Of a stretch of DNA of 64,000 bases, positions 29,409-40,037 are shown in pieces. The position numbers and the translations under genes were made by a program. The number at the start of each line of letters is the position of its first letter. Within the stretch, counting starts at the first letter, position 1. The DNA is from Fervidicoccaceae archaeon (GTDB taxonomy: Archaea; Thermoproteota; Thermoprotei_A; Sulfolobales; Fervidicoccaceae): positions 124,001-188,000 of the forward strand of contig JAVYOA010000009.1 of assembly GCA_038734945.1 (NCBI GenBank). The letters are read 5' to 3'. The notes under the pieces were generated by a model. The model did not search any database, had not been told where the DNA came from, and saw only the letters and a list, made by a program, of their open reading frames with translations.

Positions 29409-30185
29409 TTAAACAGAAGGTGCTACAAAAGCCTTTCCATCTGTCCTTATCATTTTAACATGAATCCCGTAAACTTTCTCCAGAAGATCTTCGTTCAGCA
29501 TATCCTTTGGAGATCCATTGGCAACGATCTCCCCCATTGACATAACGATAGCTCTATCGGCAATTTCAATTGCCTCATTTGGATCATGTGTAGTGAAAAG
29601 TATTCCTTTACCTTCCGATGCTAATTCTTTCATCATCTTGAGAACAACAAGCTTGTTTCTGAAGTCCAAATATGCTGTTGGTTCATCGAGAACTATGAAT
29701 GGAGTTCCCTGTGCATAGGCTCTCGCAATACTGATCATCCTCCTTTCCCCTCCACTCAGCTGAGAGAAGTATCTATTTGATAGTCTCTCAAGACCAAACC
29801 TAGAGATAGCTTCCTCAGCAATTTCCTCATCTTCTCTTGAAGGCAGTTTAAGCGGGGAAACATGCGGCATTCTCCCCAGCAAGACATAGTCCTTTACCCT
29901 GAGGGGGACATTTCTCATTATTTCCTGTGGAACCCATGCTATCATCTTAGCTCTCTCTCTATCGCTGATCTCAAACACATTCTTTCCATTTATGAATACC
30001 CTGGGGGGAGAAGGTCTAATCACACCAAGCGCTATTTTTGTCAATGTTGTTTTCCCGGAGCCGTTCGGCCCCAAAAGGGCTAAAACCTCCCCTCCCCTCA
30101 AGGATAAGCTCACATTTCTAAGAGAGAAGCCCGTTTCCAAATATGTATAGCTAACATCGTTGATTTTCAGCTCAGCTCCAGCCAT
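29409..30185 (-). CDS. ABC ATPase (FecE-like)
   Basis: GPNGSGKTT, VPQE, LSGGE, LDEPTAYLD, THDPN. Confidence 0.9.
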   Translation of the reverse strand: MAGAELKINDVSYTYLETGFSLRNVSLSLRGGEVLALLGPNGSGKTTLTKIALGVIRPSPPRVFINGKNVFEISDRERAKMIAWVPQEIMRNVPLRVKDYVLLGRMPHVSPLKLPSREDEEIAEEAISRFGLERLSNRYFSQLSGGERRMISIARAYAQGTPFIVLDEPTAYLDFRNKLVVLKMMKELASEGKGILFTTHDPNEAIEIADRAIVMSMGEIVANGSPKDMLNEDLLEKVYGIHVKMIRTDGKAFVAPSV

Positions 30186-31191
30186 GATATATCCTCCTCT
30201 TGAGAAGATAGGCAAAGAAAGGAACCCCTACGAATGATGTGAGCACCTCAAGCGGGAGCTCACTAGGCAGTACAGCTCTCGATATTGTGTCAACTATAAG
30301 AAGGAAAGCGGATCCTATAACAGCGGATCCGGGTATTGTGAACTTGTTTGATTCTCCGAAAAGCATTCTCGATATATGTGGGATTACTAGACCTATCCAT
30401 CCAATTAGTCCGGCAACAACGGTGCTTGCTGCAGCGGGAAGCGTTGAAAGGACAATTATGATTGCCTTGTAAACTTCAACTCTTATTCCAAGAGCCTTTG
30501 CCTCCTCCTCTCCTACAACAAATGCGTCAAGCCTCCATCTCAGGAAATAGAGAAGAATGATTGATGGAACGGAAATAACTGTCAGAATCTCAACATCTCT
30601 CCAAGTCACAGAAGCCAAACCTCCCATGAGCCAATACGTTATTTGAGGAAGCTTAGACTCTGGATCAGCAACGAATTTTACTAGGCTTATAAGGCTCTTG
30701 AAAAGGCTCCCCACAATGATTCCCGAGAGAACCAGATCAACTATTCTCGTCCCTCCCCCTCTCCATGCTATTAAATATGAGGACCCAAGAGCAACAAGGC
30801 CTATGCCAAAAGCTATTGCCTGAACCAATGGTAGGGGAAAATCGAGAAGTATTCCAATTGAAGCTCCAAAGCCAGCTCCGGCCAATACACCCAAAATATC
30901 AGGGCTTACAAGCGGATTTCTGAAGAGTGCTTGAAATCCTGCTCCTGAAACAGATAGAGAGGCTCCAATCAGCAATGCGGCTAAAATTCTGGGTAGCCTT
31001 ATTTGAATGACAACGTTGTAGAGAGGACTCTGATTTGCCCCTCCGCCCAAGATTGAGCTTACAAGCACTCTCATGGACTGTACGGGAGCGAAGCCATAGC
31101 TTCCCATTCCAAGTGAAACTAGGAAAATAAAAAACAAAATTGCTGCAGCAATGGCAATTTTCTTGTTACCACCTAGCACTATTATATCCAC
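30172..31191 (-). CDS. FecCD family permease
   Basis: IRLPRI, FRNPLVSPDILG, YWLMGG, IGWIGLVIPH. Confidence 0.92.
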   Translation of the reverse strand: MDIIVLGGNKKIAIAAAILFFIFLVSLGMGSYGFAPVQSMRVLVSSILGGGANQSPLYNVVIQIRLPRILAALLIGASLSVSGAGFQALFRNPLVSPDILGVLAGAGFGASIGILLDFPLPLVQAIAFGIGLVALGSSYLIAWRGGGTRIVDLVLSGIIVGSLFKSLISLVKFVADPESKLPQITYWLMGGLASVTWRDVEILTVISVPSIILLYFLRWRLDAFVVGEEEAKALGIRVEVYKAIIIVLSTLPAAASTVVAGLIGWIGLVIPHISRMLFGESNKFTIPGSAVIGSAFLLIVDTISRAVLPSELPLEVLTSFVGVPFFAYLLKRRIYHGWS

Positions 31192-31204
31192 CTAACGCAG
31201 AATC

Positions 31205-32218
31205 CTATTTAATCTGAGAGATCTCGGTGGCATTCAGTCCATATATATTCGTATATAATTGCATTCTTAGCTCAGTTATATTCAGTCCAGCGGTCTCCTC
31301 CGGATGTATTATTTTTGCCAAGTAAGCAAGGAGAAGGACAAATCTAGGACTGGTTGGAGTGTACTCTCTGGGTACTTTGAAGACCATTCCGTTTTTCACA
31401 GCATTTACGCTTTGCAGCCTCGGATCATTCAAAATATCGCTCGCATTTTGAGATACTCTATAGCTTAGCACTATTATGTCTGGATTCATTTTAACCACAT
31501 CTTCATAATTTATGAATATGGTGCTCGTGTTGCTTGAGAGACCCTCACTCAAGCTGATCCCTCCTGCATAGCTTATGAGCTGATTTTCTATTCCCTGCGT
31601 AACTACTTGAATTCCATTTGTACCTATGCTTCTTATGAAGAGGACTCTTGGATGGGTTGTGGATTTTGATACCATTGACGATATGTTCATTACTGTGCTG
31701 TTGAGATAGGAGATAACATAATTCGCTCTTTGCTCCCTATTGAGAGCCTTCCCGATAATAGCTATAGTATTGTAGAGATCTTGTATGCTGTTTGTCCAGG
31801 GAACTCCGATAACTGTTAGATTGTGAGCTTCGTAGCTTTGGAGCTCCTGCTGACTTCTTATATATGTAATTATGAGATCTGGAGAGAGAGAAATTAGCTT
31901 TTCAAGATCCACGCCGTTTGTGTAGGTTAGCGGTGTGGCGTTTAGGATACTCGGTGGAAAGTTCATTGTATCAAGCCTACCCACAATCAATGATCCTGCT
32001 CCCAGGGAGTAGACGATCTCAGCTGACCCTTGATCTAGTACAACTAATCTAGTAACATTCAGCGGAACAGTAACATTCCTTCCCAAACCATCGGTCACAA
32101 CCACATACTTGCTCTGCTGAGATCCGCTTTGACTTGGATTATGCTGCATTAGCATGTATCCAGCAAATGCAGCAACTATAATTATAAGTACTATCCCTGC
32201 AGCCAGAGAACTTTTCAA
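31205..32218 (-). CDS. Helical-backbone substrate-binding protein (iron chelate/cobalamin family)
   Basis: TDGLGRNVTVP, EKLISLSPDL, AVKNGMV. Confidence 0.85.
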   Translation of the reverse strand: MKSSLAAGIVLIIIVAAFAGYMLMQHNPSQSGSQQSKYVVVTDGLGRNVTVPLNVTRLVVLDQGSAEIVYSLGAGSLIVGRLDTMNFPPSILNATPLTYTNGVDLEKLISLSPDLIITYIRSQQELQSYEAHNLTVIGVPWTNSIQDLYNTIAIIGKALNREQRANYVISYLNSTVMNISSMVSKSTTHPRVLFIRSIGTNGIQVVTQGIENQLISYAGGISLSEGLSSNTSTIFINYEDVVKMNPDIIVLSYRVSQNASDILNDPRLQSVNAVKNGMVFKVPREYTPTSPRFVLLLAYLAKIIHPEETAGLNITELRMQLYTNIYGLNATEISQIK

Positions 32219-32404
32219 TCAAATCACCAAATTGTGATATTAGATAGCATAATAAAAATTTTTTGTCCAGAATCTATTCCCATTCTTTTTCCCACAATTT
32301 ACAAAAATTATCACAATTTATCATTTAAAGTAAAAAATAAAAGAGTTGTTAGAGATAGCGTGAAAAGAAGCTGAAAATTTCATTTTCCGCTTGAGGGGAT
32401 TGGG

Positions 32405-34705
32405 TTGGTCTCTGCTGCAGTTTTGGGAGCTATAGGAGGAGGGCTTGGCTTTGCCTCAGCTATCTTTGTATACCTGGTTTTAACGAAGCAGGAAATGGGC
32501 AATGAGAGAATGATTGAGATTTGGAAAGCAATTAGAGAGGGTTCTTCTGCTTACATGAGGAGGCAAACCAAAACCATTCTACTATTCTCAGTATTCATAT
32601 CCGCAGTAGTTTTCCTAGCAGTTTACCTCGGATACAGGGCTAAGCTGCTTTCAGCATACCCGCAGCTGGAAGGCGAAGTTCTAAAGGAATCTGCTCTAGT
32701 GGGATTCTCGGTCTTTTTAGGCTCACTTTCCTCCATAATAGCGGCATTCTTCAGTATGGATGCCTCTACGAAAGCCAACGTGAGGACTGCAGCGGCAGCT
32801 ATCAAAAGCCCTCTGAATGCTTTAAAAATTTCTGTTCTTGGCGGATCCATTCTCGGTCTCTCTGTTCCTTCTCTCTCTCTTCTCGCAATATCTGCTTTGT
32901 ATATAGCATATTCGGCACTCTTCAATGCCTCCATCTATAACCCCCTATCAATTAGGTTTGTCCTCGATAGTCTTGTTGGATTTGCATTTGGTGCCAGCCT
33001 CTCAGCCCTTTTCGCACAGCTTGGAGGAGGCATCTATACTAAGGCCGCTGATATAGGGGCAGATATAGTGGGGAAAATAGAAGCCTCCATCCCAGAAGAC
33101 GATCCTAGAAATCCTGCTGTAATAGCTGACCAAGTTGGAGATAATGTAGGAGATTGTGCAGGAAGAGGAGCAGACATATTTGAAAGCGTCACAGCTGAAA
33201 CAATAGGAGCCATGATGATCGGGTGGGTGATTTTCTTCATCTTGACTAGTGCCGGGGTGAGCTACGAATACGCGTCAAGATTCATGTTTCTTCCACTTCT
33301 GATATCCCTTGTTGGAATAGTATCTACCCTTCCGGGACTACTTACAATAATTCTCCATCGAAAGTACAGGGAACCTATAGAGCCTCTGAGAAATGGAGTG
33401 ATCGTTTCATCGATAGTCGCGCTGATTCTTTTACCAATTCTCTACAAATATATTCTCCCGGATCTTTGGTTGAACCTATACATAGCCTCTATTGTAGGGA
33501 TAGCAACAGGAATAGTGATGGTTCTAGTAACCAATTATTATACTGGACTGAGGTCTAAGTCTGTTATAGAGATCGCAGAAAGCAGTCAAAGCGGTCCTGC
33601 ATTGACTTTTCTTTCAGGACTTAGCGTAGGCATGAGATCTACATTAATTCCCATCATAACCATATCCATTGCTATACTATCTTCCTTCTTCGCGCTATAT
33701 TCATCATCACTTCCCTTAGCACTCCAGGTGAGCATAGGAGGAGTAAACTTATCAAAGTTCATATATGGCATATACGGTAGTGCCATAGCAACAATGGGCA
33801 TGATCACTCTCGCTGGGATAATAATGACCTTGGATGGTTCAGGCCCTATAGCTGACAATGCTGGAGGAATAGCTGAGATGAGCGGGATGGAGGAAAGAGT
33901 TAGAAAAAGTCTTGAGCCTCTCGATGCTCTAGGGAATGTAACTAAAGCCCTCACTAAAGGCTATGCTATGGGCAGCGCAGCTTTAGCAGCACTTTTACTA
34001 TTCCAGGCTTTTGTACAGGACTATGTCGCTAGAGATCCCTCAGTTCTCACACAACTTCCAGCATTCTCTTCTTTGACCTTGAACATATCTGGCTTTGCTG
34101 AGGCACTGAAGAACTTCTTGGGAGGTCTTGTGATAACTAAGCCTGTAATACTGATATCAATCCTCATAGGCGCAATGCTGCCATACTTCTTCACATCAAT
34201 GGGTCTGAAAGCTGTTACGAGAGCAGCCTATATGATGGTCGAGGAAGTCAGAAGGCAGTTCAGAGAGAGACCAGGGATACTTGAAGGAAAAGAGAAACCA
34301 GACTATTACAGGGCAGTAGATATCAGCACTCAATATGCCATAAGGAACATGATTGCCCCTTCTCTCTCCATAATAATCACTCCTCTTATTCTCGGTACTC
34401 TCTTTGGAGGACAGGCTGTTGGTGCACTAGTTGTGGGAGCAACGGCTAGTTCAGTTGTGCTAGGAATAATGATGATGTGGGGTGGGGCTGCCTGGGACAA
34501 CGCAAAGAAGTATGTCGAGGAGGGTAACCTTGGAGGAAAGGGCTCTCCAGTTCATGCGGCCACAGTGGTTGGAGATACTGTCGGAGATCCTCTCAAAGAT
34601 ACCGTTGGACCCTCTCTGCATATATTGATAAAGTTGCTTAACACAATATCGCTGGTGTTCATTCCTCTCTACATGCTATACTTAATGCAGTCGATTTTTC
34701 CATAA
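32405..34705 (+). CDS. hppA: Membrane proton-pumping pyrophosphatase, probably K+-independent
   Basis: GGGIYTKAADIGADIVGKIE, DQVGDNVGD, GPIADNAGG, GDTVGDPLKD; GNVTKA (Lys variant). Confidence 0.93.
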   Translation: MVSAAVLGAIGGGLGFASAIFVYLVLTKQEMGNERMIEIWKAIREGSSAYMRRQTKTILLFSVFISAVVFLAVYLGYRAKLLSAYPQLEGEVLKESALVGFSVFLGSLSSIIAAFFSMDASTKANVRTAAAAIKSPLNALKISVLGGSILGLSVPSLSLLAISALYIAYSALFNASIYNPLSIRFVLDSLVGFAFGASLSALFAQLGGGIYTKAADIGADIVGKIEASIPEDDPRNPAVIADQVGDNVGDCAGRGADIFESVTAETIGAMMIGWVIFFILTSAGVSYEYASRFMFLPLLISLVGIVSTLPGLLTIILHRKYREPIEPLRNGVIVSSIVALILLPILYKYILPDLWLNLYIASIVGIATGIVMVLVTNYYTGLRSKSVIEIAESSQSGPALTFLSGLSVGMRSTLIPIITISIAILSSFFALYSSSLPLALQVSIGGVNLSKFIYGIYGSAIATMGMITLAGIIMTLDGSGPIADNAGGIAEMSGMEERVRKSLEPLDALGNVTKALTKGYAMGSAALAALLLFQAFVQDYVARDPSVLTQLPAFSSLTLNISGFAEALKNFLGGLVITKPVILISILIGAMLPYFFTSMGLKAVTRAAYMMVEEVRRQFRERPGILEGKEKPDYYRAVDISTQYAIRNMIAPSLSIIITPLILGTLFGGQAVGALVVGATASSVVLGIMMMWGGAAWDNAKKYVEEGNLGGKGSPVHAATVVGDTVGDPLKDTVGPSLHILIKLLNTISLVFIPLYMLYLMQSIFP

Positions 34706-34756
34706 AACCAAGAAATTTTTTAATATAAAACTCACTTCAAGGAATTTAGATGGGAA

Positions 34757-35413
34757 ATGAGGCAATTCCTTGCTCTGATCTTAATTTTTACAACTATAAC
34801 TACAATTCCAATCGAGGGTACATCTCAACAAGGCAACATAACTTACTACTATGCCCTGCTTATATACCCAGAAACAGGCAGCTTCTCAACAGGAAGCTCT
34901 CTAGCTAACATTACAGTTATCTTAAAGCAATCTCCATCACCACATGTTGAGCTCCAAGGGGCATTTCCTAGCATTCCTACTAGCGATCTCGTTTCCATAA
35001 TAGAGGCTCCTGACCCAAGTCATTTTGTTCTGACAACACAGGACGTTTCCCAACTAGTCAGGACAGGCAAGCTGATAAAAAATGAATGGAACCTCACATA
35101 TGCGGGGAGAAGTGCTTTCCAGCTATCCAATGGAGCATTTGTTGATGGAATTCAGGCAACTATTACTTTTAACTATGGTTCAAAAATCGCCATGTACGAT
35201 TCATCAAGCGGAGTGCTCGTATGGGAGAGCTTCTATGTATCAATATCTCCGACCAAAGGATACGCTCTATTTCTGGAACTGCTTCCCAGCAGCTCTATTC
35301 ACGGTGCTCCTCTACCAATTAACAATCTGAGAGTTGTCGAGATCATTTCGGCCATCATAGTAATAACGGCCTTCTACAGCCTTGCCAGCAGAAAAAGATA
35401 TAGGATTCTATGA
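34757..35413 (+). CDS. Hypothetical surface protein (signal peptide plus C-terminal TM anchor)
   Basis: Hydrophobic N-terminus; C-terminal TM helix followed by a basic tail. Confidence 0.65.
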   Translation: MRQFLALILIFTTITTIPIEGTSQQGNITYYYALLIYPETGSFSTGSSLANITVILKQSPSPHVELQGAFPSIPTSDLVSIIEAPDPSHFVLTTQDVSQLVRTGKLIKNEWNLTYAGRSAFQLSNGAFVDGIQATITFNYGSKIAMYDSSSGVLVWESFYVSISPTKGYALFLELLPSSSIHGAPLPINNLRVVEIISAIIVITAFYSLASRKRYRIL

Positions 35414-35543
35414 AATACTAAATGAAACAAACTCGCTCGGAGGAGTGACTTGATCCTTTACAGAAACAAGAGAAATTAATCCAAGGGAAGCGGAAAGGAA
35501 GGAAGCAGTTTTTTCCATTCTGGTAAACCTTCTAATTTTTGCC

Positions 35544-36344
35544 ATGAGATTAATTGCAGGTCTGATGATAAGGAGTAGCGCCCTAATAGCAGACTCTGTT
35601 CACGGCCTAAGCGATAGCATCACTTCAATAGGAGTCCTAGCATCATCAAAAATAGCTGCTAAGCCAGCAGATAGGGAACATCCATTTGGACACGGGAAAG
35701 CAGCAGATCTCGGATCCCTCTTAATAGGAGTGGTCCTTTTCATAATTGGTGGGCTCTTTTTCCTAAATGGAATTGATGCTCTTCTCAGTCCATCGCCACT
35801 GAATACTGATTTTTTTGTGGAAGCTATCGCAGTAACTCTGCTCACAGTCGCCATAAAGTACTACAACTACATGTATGCTAAAAACCTGGCTACTTTAGGC
35901 AAGTCCAACCTCTGCATGGCTGATGCTCTTCATCACAAATTGGATGCTCTAATAACTCTTGGTGCCTCAGTTGGAATAACAATAGAAGCCCTCACCGGCA
36001 TTTCCAGATTGGATGGTATCCTGACAATTATCATATCGGCTTTTGTTCTTTACGAGGGAGGAGAGCTGATAACCAAGATACTTGGTCCACTAATGGATAG
36101 AAATGTCGAGGATGTTGCCGAGAGAGTCAGAAGCTTAGCTCTCTCGGTCAACGGTGTTAGAGATGTTGTTGACGTAAAAGTCAGAGAATCTGGAGGAGAA
36201 TTCCTAATAGAGCTAGTCCTGAAAATGGATGGAGGGATACCCCTAACTGAAGCTCACGCAGTAACGGAAAAAGTCGAGATGGAAATAAGGGAAAAAATTC
36301 CCAGAGTGATCGAAGTTCATATACATGAAGAGCCCTCTGTTTGA
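35544..36344 (+). CDS. Cation diffusion facilitator (FieF-like); true start uncertain
   Basis: SSALIADSVHGLSD, KPADREHPFGHGK, ADALHH..D, HIHEEP. Confidence 0.88.
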   Translation: MRLIAGLMIRSSALIADSVHGLSDSITSIGVLASSKIAAKPADREHPFGHGKAADLGSLLIGVVLFIIGGLFFLNGIDALLSPSPLNTDFFVEAIAVTLLTVAIKYYNYMYAKNLATLGKSNLCMADALHHKLDALITLGASVGITIEALTGISRLDGILTIIISAFVLYEGGELITKILGPLMDRNVEDVAERVRSLALSVNGVRDVVDVKVRESGGEFLIELVLKMDGGIPLTEAHAVTEKVEMEIREKIPRVIEVHIHEEPSV

Positions 36345-36406
36345 AGGTCAGACCTGCGCGGGACTGTCATCGTCTAAGCTCCATCCTTTCGAGCAACATC
36401 ATCCCA
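36344..36406 (-). ncRNA. Box C/D methylation guide sRNA
   Basis: Minus strand ATGATGT(C)..CTTA(D')..ACGATGA(C')..CTGA(D); TTTATA about 25 nt upstream. Confidence 0.7.
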
Positions 36407-36455
36407 AACCTTTAAAATGATTACATAGAATATAAACACTGCTGGGTGAATAAAG

Positions 36456-37568
36456 TTGTCCTTTGGAAGCTTAGAAGAAAAATTTGCTACTCTTCTTGTC
36501 AATTACTGCATTGGAGTGAAGCCTGTATCTGAAATATCAATTTCATCGACTATAGCTGCTATGCCACTTATTACTGAGGTATATAAGAAGATAGTAGATG
36601 CAGGAGGTTACCCTAGAATAGTAATAACCAGCGAAGAACTAGTAGAGTATTTTTATAAAAAGGCCCCCATACAGCTTATTGAGTATCTCTCACCAATAGA
36701 TAAATTCATGGTGGAAAATATAAGCGGGATGATTAGAATAATTGCTCCAACACACACAAAACCCCTCTCTGGGGTGGATCCCGAGAGAATAAAAAAGGTA
36801 GCAACCACCAGTAAAGTGCTCAACGATATAATTTTTAAAAGGGATGCTCTTGGTACACTTAGATGGACAGTAACAGCCTATCCAACAAACGCGATGGCAC
36901 AGGAAGCGGGTTTTTCTCCCCTTGAGTGGAGGGACTTTGTATTCAGAGCAATGAAACTTTTCTCTGAGGATCCGATTGAGGAGTGGAAAAAGCAGGCAAG
37001 CTTACAGCAAAAAATAGCGGACTTCCTGAAAAAGGTTAAAGAACTGAGAGTTTTAGCGGAAGACACAGATCTCATTCTCAGATTTGACAACAGAATATGG
37101 GTAAACGATGATGGTAAGAACAATATGCCTGGAGGAGAAGTTTTCAGCTCCCCCATTGAAGATTCAGCAGATGGACAGATAACTTTCACATATCCTGCAA
37201 TATGGAAGGGAGTTGAAGTAAAGGGAGTTAGGCTAAAATTCAGAAAAGGGGAAGTTGTTGAGGCATCGGCTGAGAAGGGCGAGGAATTTCTCAATAAAAT
37301 GATAACTGCTGATGATGGGGCAAAAAGGCTTGGTGAATTCGCTTTTGGCCTGAACTATGACATAAAGAGCTTCACAAAGGAAATCCTGTTCGATGAGAAA
37401 ATAGGAGGGACAATCCATTTAGCGCTTGGTTCAGCGTATTTGCAAACTGGAGGGAAGAACATCTCATCAATTCACTGGGACATGATAAAGGATATGAGAA
37501 AGGGAAAGGTATTTGCTGATGGAGATCTAGTATATGAAAATGGACAGTTCATAAAAAGCATTATCTAG
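36456..37568 (+). CDS. Aminopeptidase, M29 (AmpS/AmpT) family
   Basis: NMPGGEVF, LGEFAFG, LFDEKIGGTIHLALG, SSIHWDMI. Confidence 0.92.
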   Translation: MSFGSLEEKFATLLVNYCIGVKPVSEISISSTIAAMPLITEVYKKIVDAGGYPRIVITSEELVEYFYKKAPIQLIEYLSPIDKFMVENISGMIRIIAPTHTKPLSGVDPERIKKVATTSKVLNDIIFKRDALGTLRWTVTAYPTNAMAQEAGFSPLEWRDFVFRAMKLFSEDPIEEWKKQASLQQKIADFLKKVKELRVLAEDTDLILRFDNRIWVNDDGKNNMPGGEVFSSPIEDSADGQITFTYPAIWKGVEVKGVRLKFRKGEVVEASAEKGEEFLNKMITADDGAKRLGEFAFGLNYDIKSFTKEILFDEKIGGTIHLALGSAYLQTGGKNISSIHWDMIKDMRKGKVFADGDLVYENGQFIKSII

Positions 37569-39063
37569 AGTATTTTTCCTCTATGTATTTTATATAATAC
37601 GAAGGATTGATATCCTCTCCCAATGATTTTACTAGCAGCTCTCTTGGAGCATATGTAGCTCCATACTTGTGTATTTTCTCTCTTAGCCATTCTCTAATAG
37701 CAGCGAAGTCCCTCTTTTCAATGATTTCATCCATTTTTCTGGTTTCATCCTCCATTTTTGCCTTTACTTGAGCTGCTATCACTGTGCCCAAGCTATAGGA
37801 TGGGAAATATCCAAAGGATCCCTGGCTCCAGTGGATGTCTTGAAGAAATCCTTCAGAGTATTTCCTTGGTCTTATTCCGAGAAGCTCATCCATGAGGTTA
37901 TTCCATAGTTCTGGAACCTCAGCTGTTTTCACCTCTCCAGCTATCAGCATCCGCTCTATGTTGAATCTCAAGGCTATGTGAAAATTGTAGGTAAGTTCAT
38001 CTGCATCCACCCTTATGAAGCTCGGCCTGACCAGATTAACATATCTATATATTTCTTCATCGTCGTAGGCTTTCAGCTCCGGAAGCTCCTCTCTCAGGAT
38101 CCCCCCTATAATAGAGGAAAACGCCCTGCTTCTTCCAACAATATTTTCCCAGAATCTGGATTGGCTCTCATGCACTCCCATGCTAACTCCAGTTCCAATA
38201 GGTGTGCCGGACAGAGCTTCATCAATTTGAAGCTCATACAATGCATGTCCATATTCATGTATAGTAGAGAGAATAGTCCTCCTTATGTCGTGTCCTTCAT
38301 ACCTGGTAGTTATCCTAACATCCTTTTGACCCATATTTATAGTAAATGGGTGCGGAGAAACATCAATTCTTGCTCTCCTGCGGGGGAAGCTCAGAACTTC
38401 CAGGACCCTTTCATTTACTTTCTTGGCTCTTTCTACATCATAGCGGTAGCTCTCTAGGTAATGACAGCGAGGAAAGTAGTCATCACCCATAACTTTTTCA
38501 AGAGCTCTCTTCAGATTTGGAATTATGGCATCAAACATCTCTTTTCCTTTTCTAGTAGTGAATCCTTCCTCGAAATAGTCAATGAGAGCATCGTATGGAT
38601 GTTCCTCGTACCCTAACTTTTCTGCCATTTCTCTCTCCAAGGAAACAATTCGGTCAAGATAGCTGAGGAACGGCTCAGCCTCGCTCCTCTCCCTGGAGAT
38701 GAGCCATGCTTCATGTGCTTTCGTTGTCACTTCTCTTAGCTCTGCTATAAGCTTCTCTGGAAGCTTCTTTGCTCTCTCAATTTCCCTATCAAGCACTCTC
38801 ACAACACCCTTTTCTTGATCCGTCAATCCTTCTCTGCCCTTCGCTTTCTCAACAAGATTCTGAAGGTCCGGAGAAAGCAAGAGCCTATGCTGAAGAACAG
38901 CGAGGTGTGAGTATGCTTTTCCTCTTTCCTCAATTCCCTCTGGTGGCATATATGTTTCCATGTCCCACTGTATCAATGATATGGCATAGTTTATACTCCA
39001 AATCGGCTTGTAGTTCTCAAGTATTTCTATTATTAACGGATCTGAGAAATACTTTTTCTCCAT
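37561..39063 (-). CDS. Thermostable carboxypeptidase, M32 family
   Basis: WDMETYMP, HPF, HEYGH, HESQSRFWEN, IRVDADE, QDIHW, GYFPSY. Confidence 0.95.
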   Translation of the reverse strand: MEKKYFSDPLIIEILENYKPIWSINYAISLIQWDMETYMPPEGIEERGKAYSHLAVLQHRLLLSPDLQNLVEKAKGREGLTDQEKGVVRVLDREIERAKKLPEKLIAELREVTTKAHEAWLISRERSEAEPFLSYLDRIVSLEREMAEKLGYEEHPYDALIDYFEEGFTTRKGKEMFDAIIPNLKRALEKVMGDDYFPRCHYLESYRYDVERAKKVNERVLEVLSFPRRRARIDVSPHPFTINMGQKDVRITTRYEGHDIRRTILSTIHEYGHALYELQIDEALSGTPIGTGVSMGVHESQSRFWENIVGRSRAFSSIIGGILREELPELKAYDDEEIYRYVNLVRPSFIRVDADELTYNFHIALRFNIERMLIAGEVKTAEVPELWNNLMDELLGIRPRKYSEGFLQDIHWSQGSFGYFPSYSLGTVIAAQVKAKMEDETRKMDEIIEKRDFAAIREWLREKIHKYGATYAPRELLVKSLGEDINPSYYIKYIEEKYSR

Positions 39064-39165
39064 TTTTTATGACCTCTCTCCAGTGTTAATAAGTAATAAA
39101 ATGAAATTAAATTTTCTAATAATAAGTTAATCCATATACAGCTAAATGATTTTTTGAAAATCGAG

Positions 39166-39906
39166 CTAGATAAAATTGAATTCTCTATCTAGATTTTCCG
39201 CATTTATCTTCTTGTATCTTTCCAAGCTTCCAACATCGTACCAAATGCCATCATAAACATAGGCATATACTCTCCTCTCCTTCTTCAAAATCAGAGGAAC
39301 CATATCACCCATTAGATCGAAGCTCTTTCCAAGCTCCTCTACAACATTACTGCTGAAAACTTCAGTTTCCATTAAAGCAACCCCTATTGTAGCATTTATA
39401 TCAAGTTCGGGCTTTTCAGTCATCTTTCTGACTCTTTTCTCTTCGTCAAGCTCTACGATCCCCACGGGCACAGAATATTTATTGGAAACCACTAGAGTAA
39501 GTTCTGAAGCATTTCTCTCGTGAAATGCAATCAAATCATTCAAATCAATTTTTGCCAATATGTCTCCATACCAGATAAGAGCTCTTTTTTTCACAAGTCC
39601 CTCGCTTATTGCTTTATAGATAGCTCCTCCTGTGTTCGTGTAGCCATCTGGATCATCAATTGAATACTTAATGTTAGCTCCAAATCTTTCTCCAGCATTG
39701 AAATAATTCTTAATATATCGCCACCTATGGTTTAGAAGCATAACTATGTCTCTGATTTCAAATCTGGTCAGCCATCTCACTATGAACTCAAGGACAGGCC
39801 TTTCCTCCATCCCTATTGGAATCATTGGTTTAGGGATGAGCTCCGTATAAGGATGAAATCTTGTCCCCTTTCCTCCAGCCAGGACTAAGGCAGTTATATC
39901 TTTCAT
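39166..39906 (-). CDS. Sugar-phosphate nucleotidyltransferase family protein
   Basis: VLAGGKGTRF.PYT..IPKPM, YGD, EKP, WYDVG. Confidence 0.88.
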   Translation of the reverse strand: MKDITALVLAGGKGTRFHPYTELIPKPMIPIGMEERPVLEFIVRWLTRFEIRDIVMLLNHRWRYIKNYFNAGERFGANIKYSIDDPDGYTNTGGAIYKAISEGLVKKRALIWYGDILAKIDLNDLIAFHERNASELTLVVSNKYSVPVGIVELDEEKRVRKMTEKPELDINATIGVALMETEVFSSNVVEELGKSFDLMGDMVPLILKKERRVYAYVYDGIWYDVGSLERYKKINAENLDREFNFI

Positions 39907-40037
39907 GCCTTTTCACAAGTCTAAAATTCTTAAATGTAAATATAAAAATTTTTAATAATAAAAATTACTGGATTGAAGTCTCTCGCTTCAACCCTAAATC
40001 AACCTGCAATAACTCTACTAAATATCTCGGAAATACC

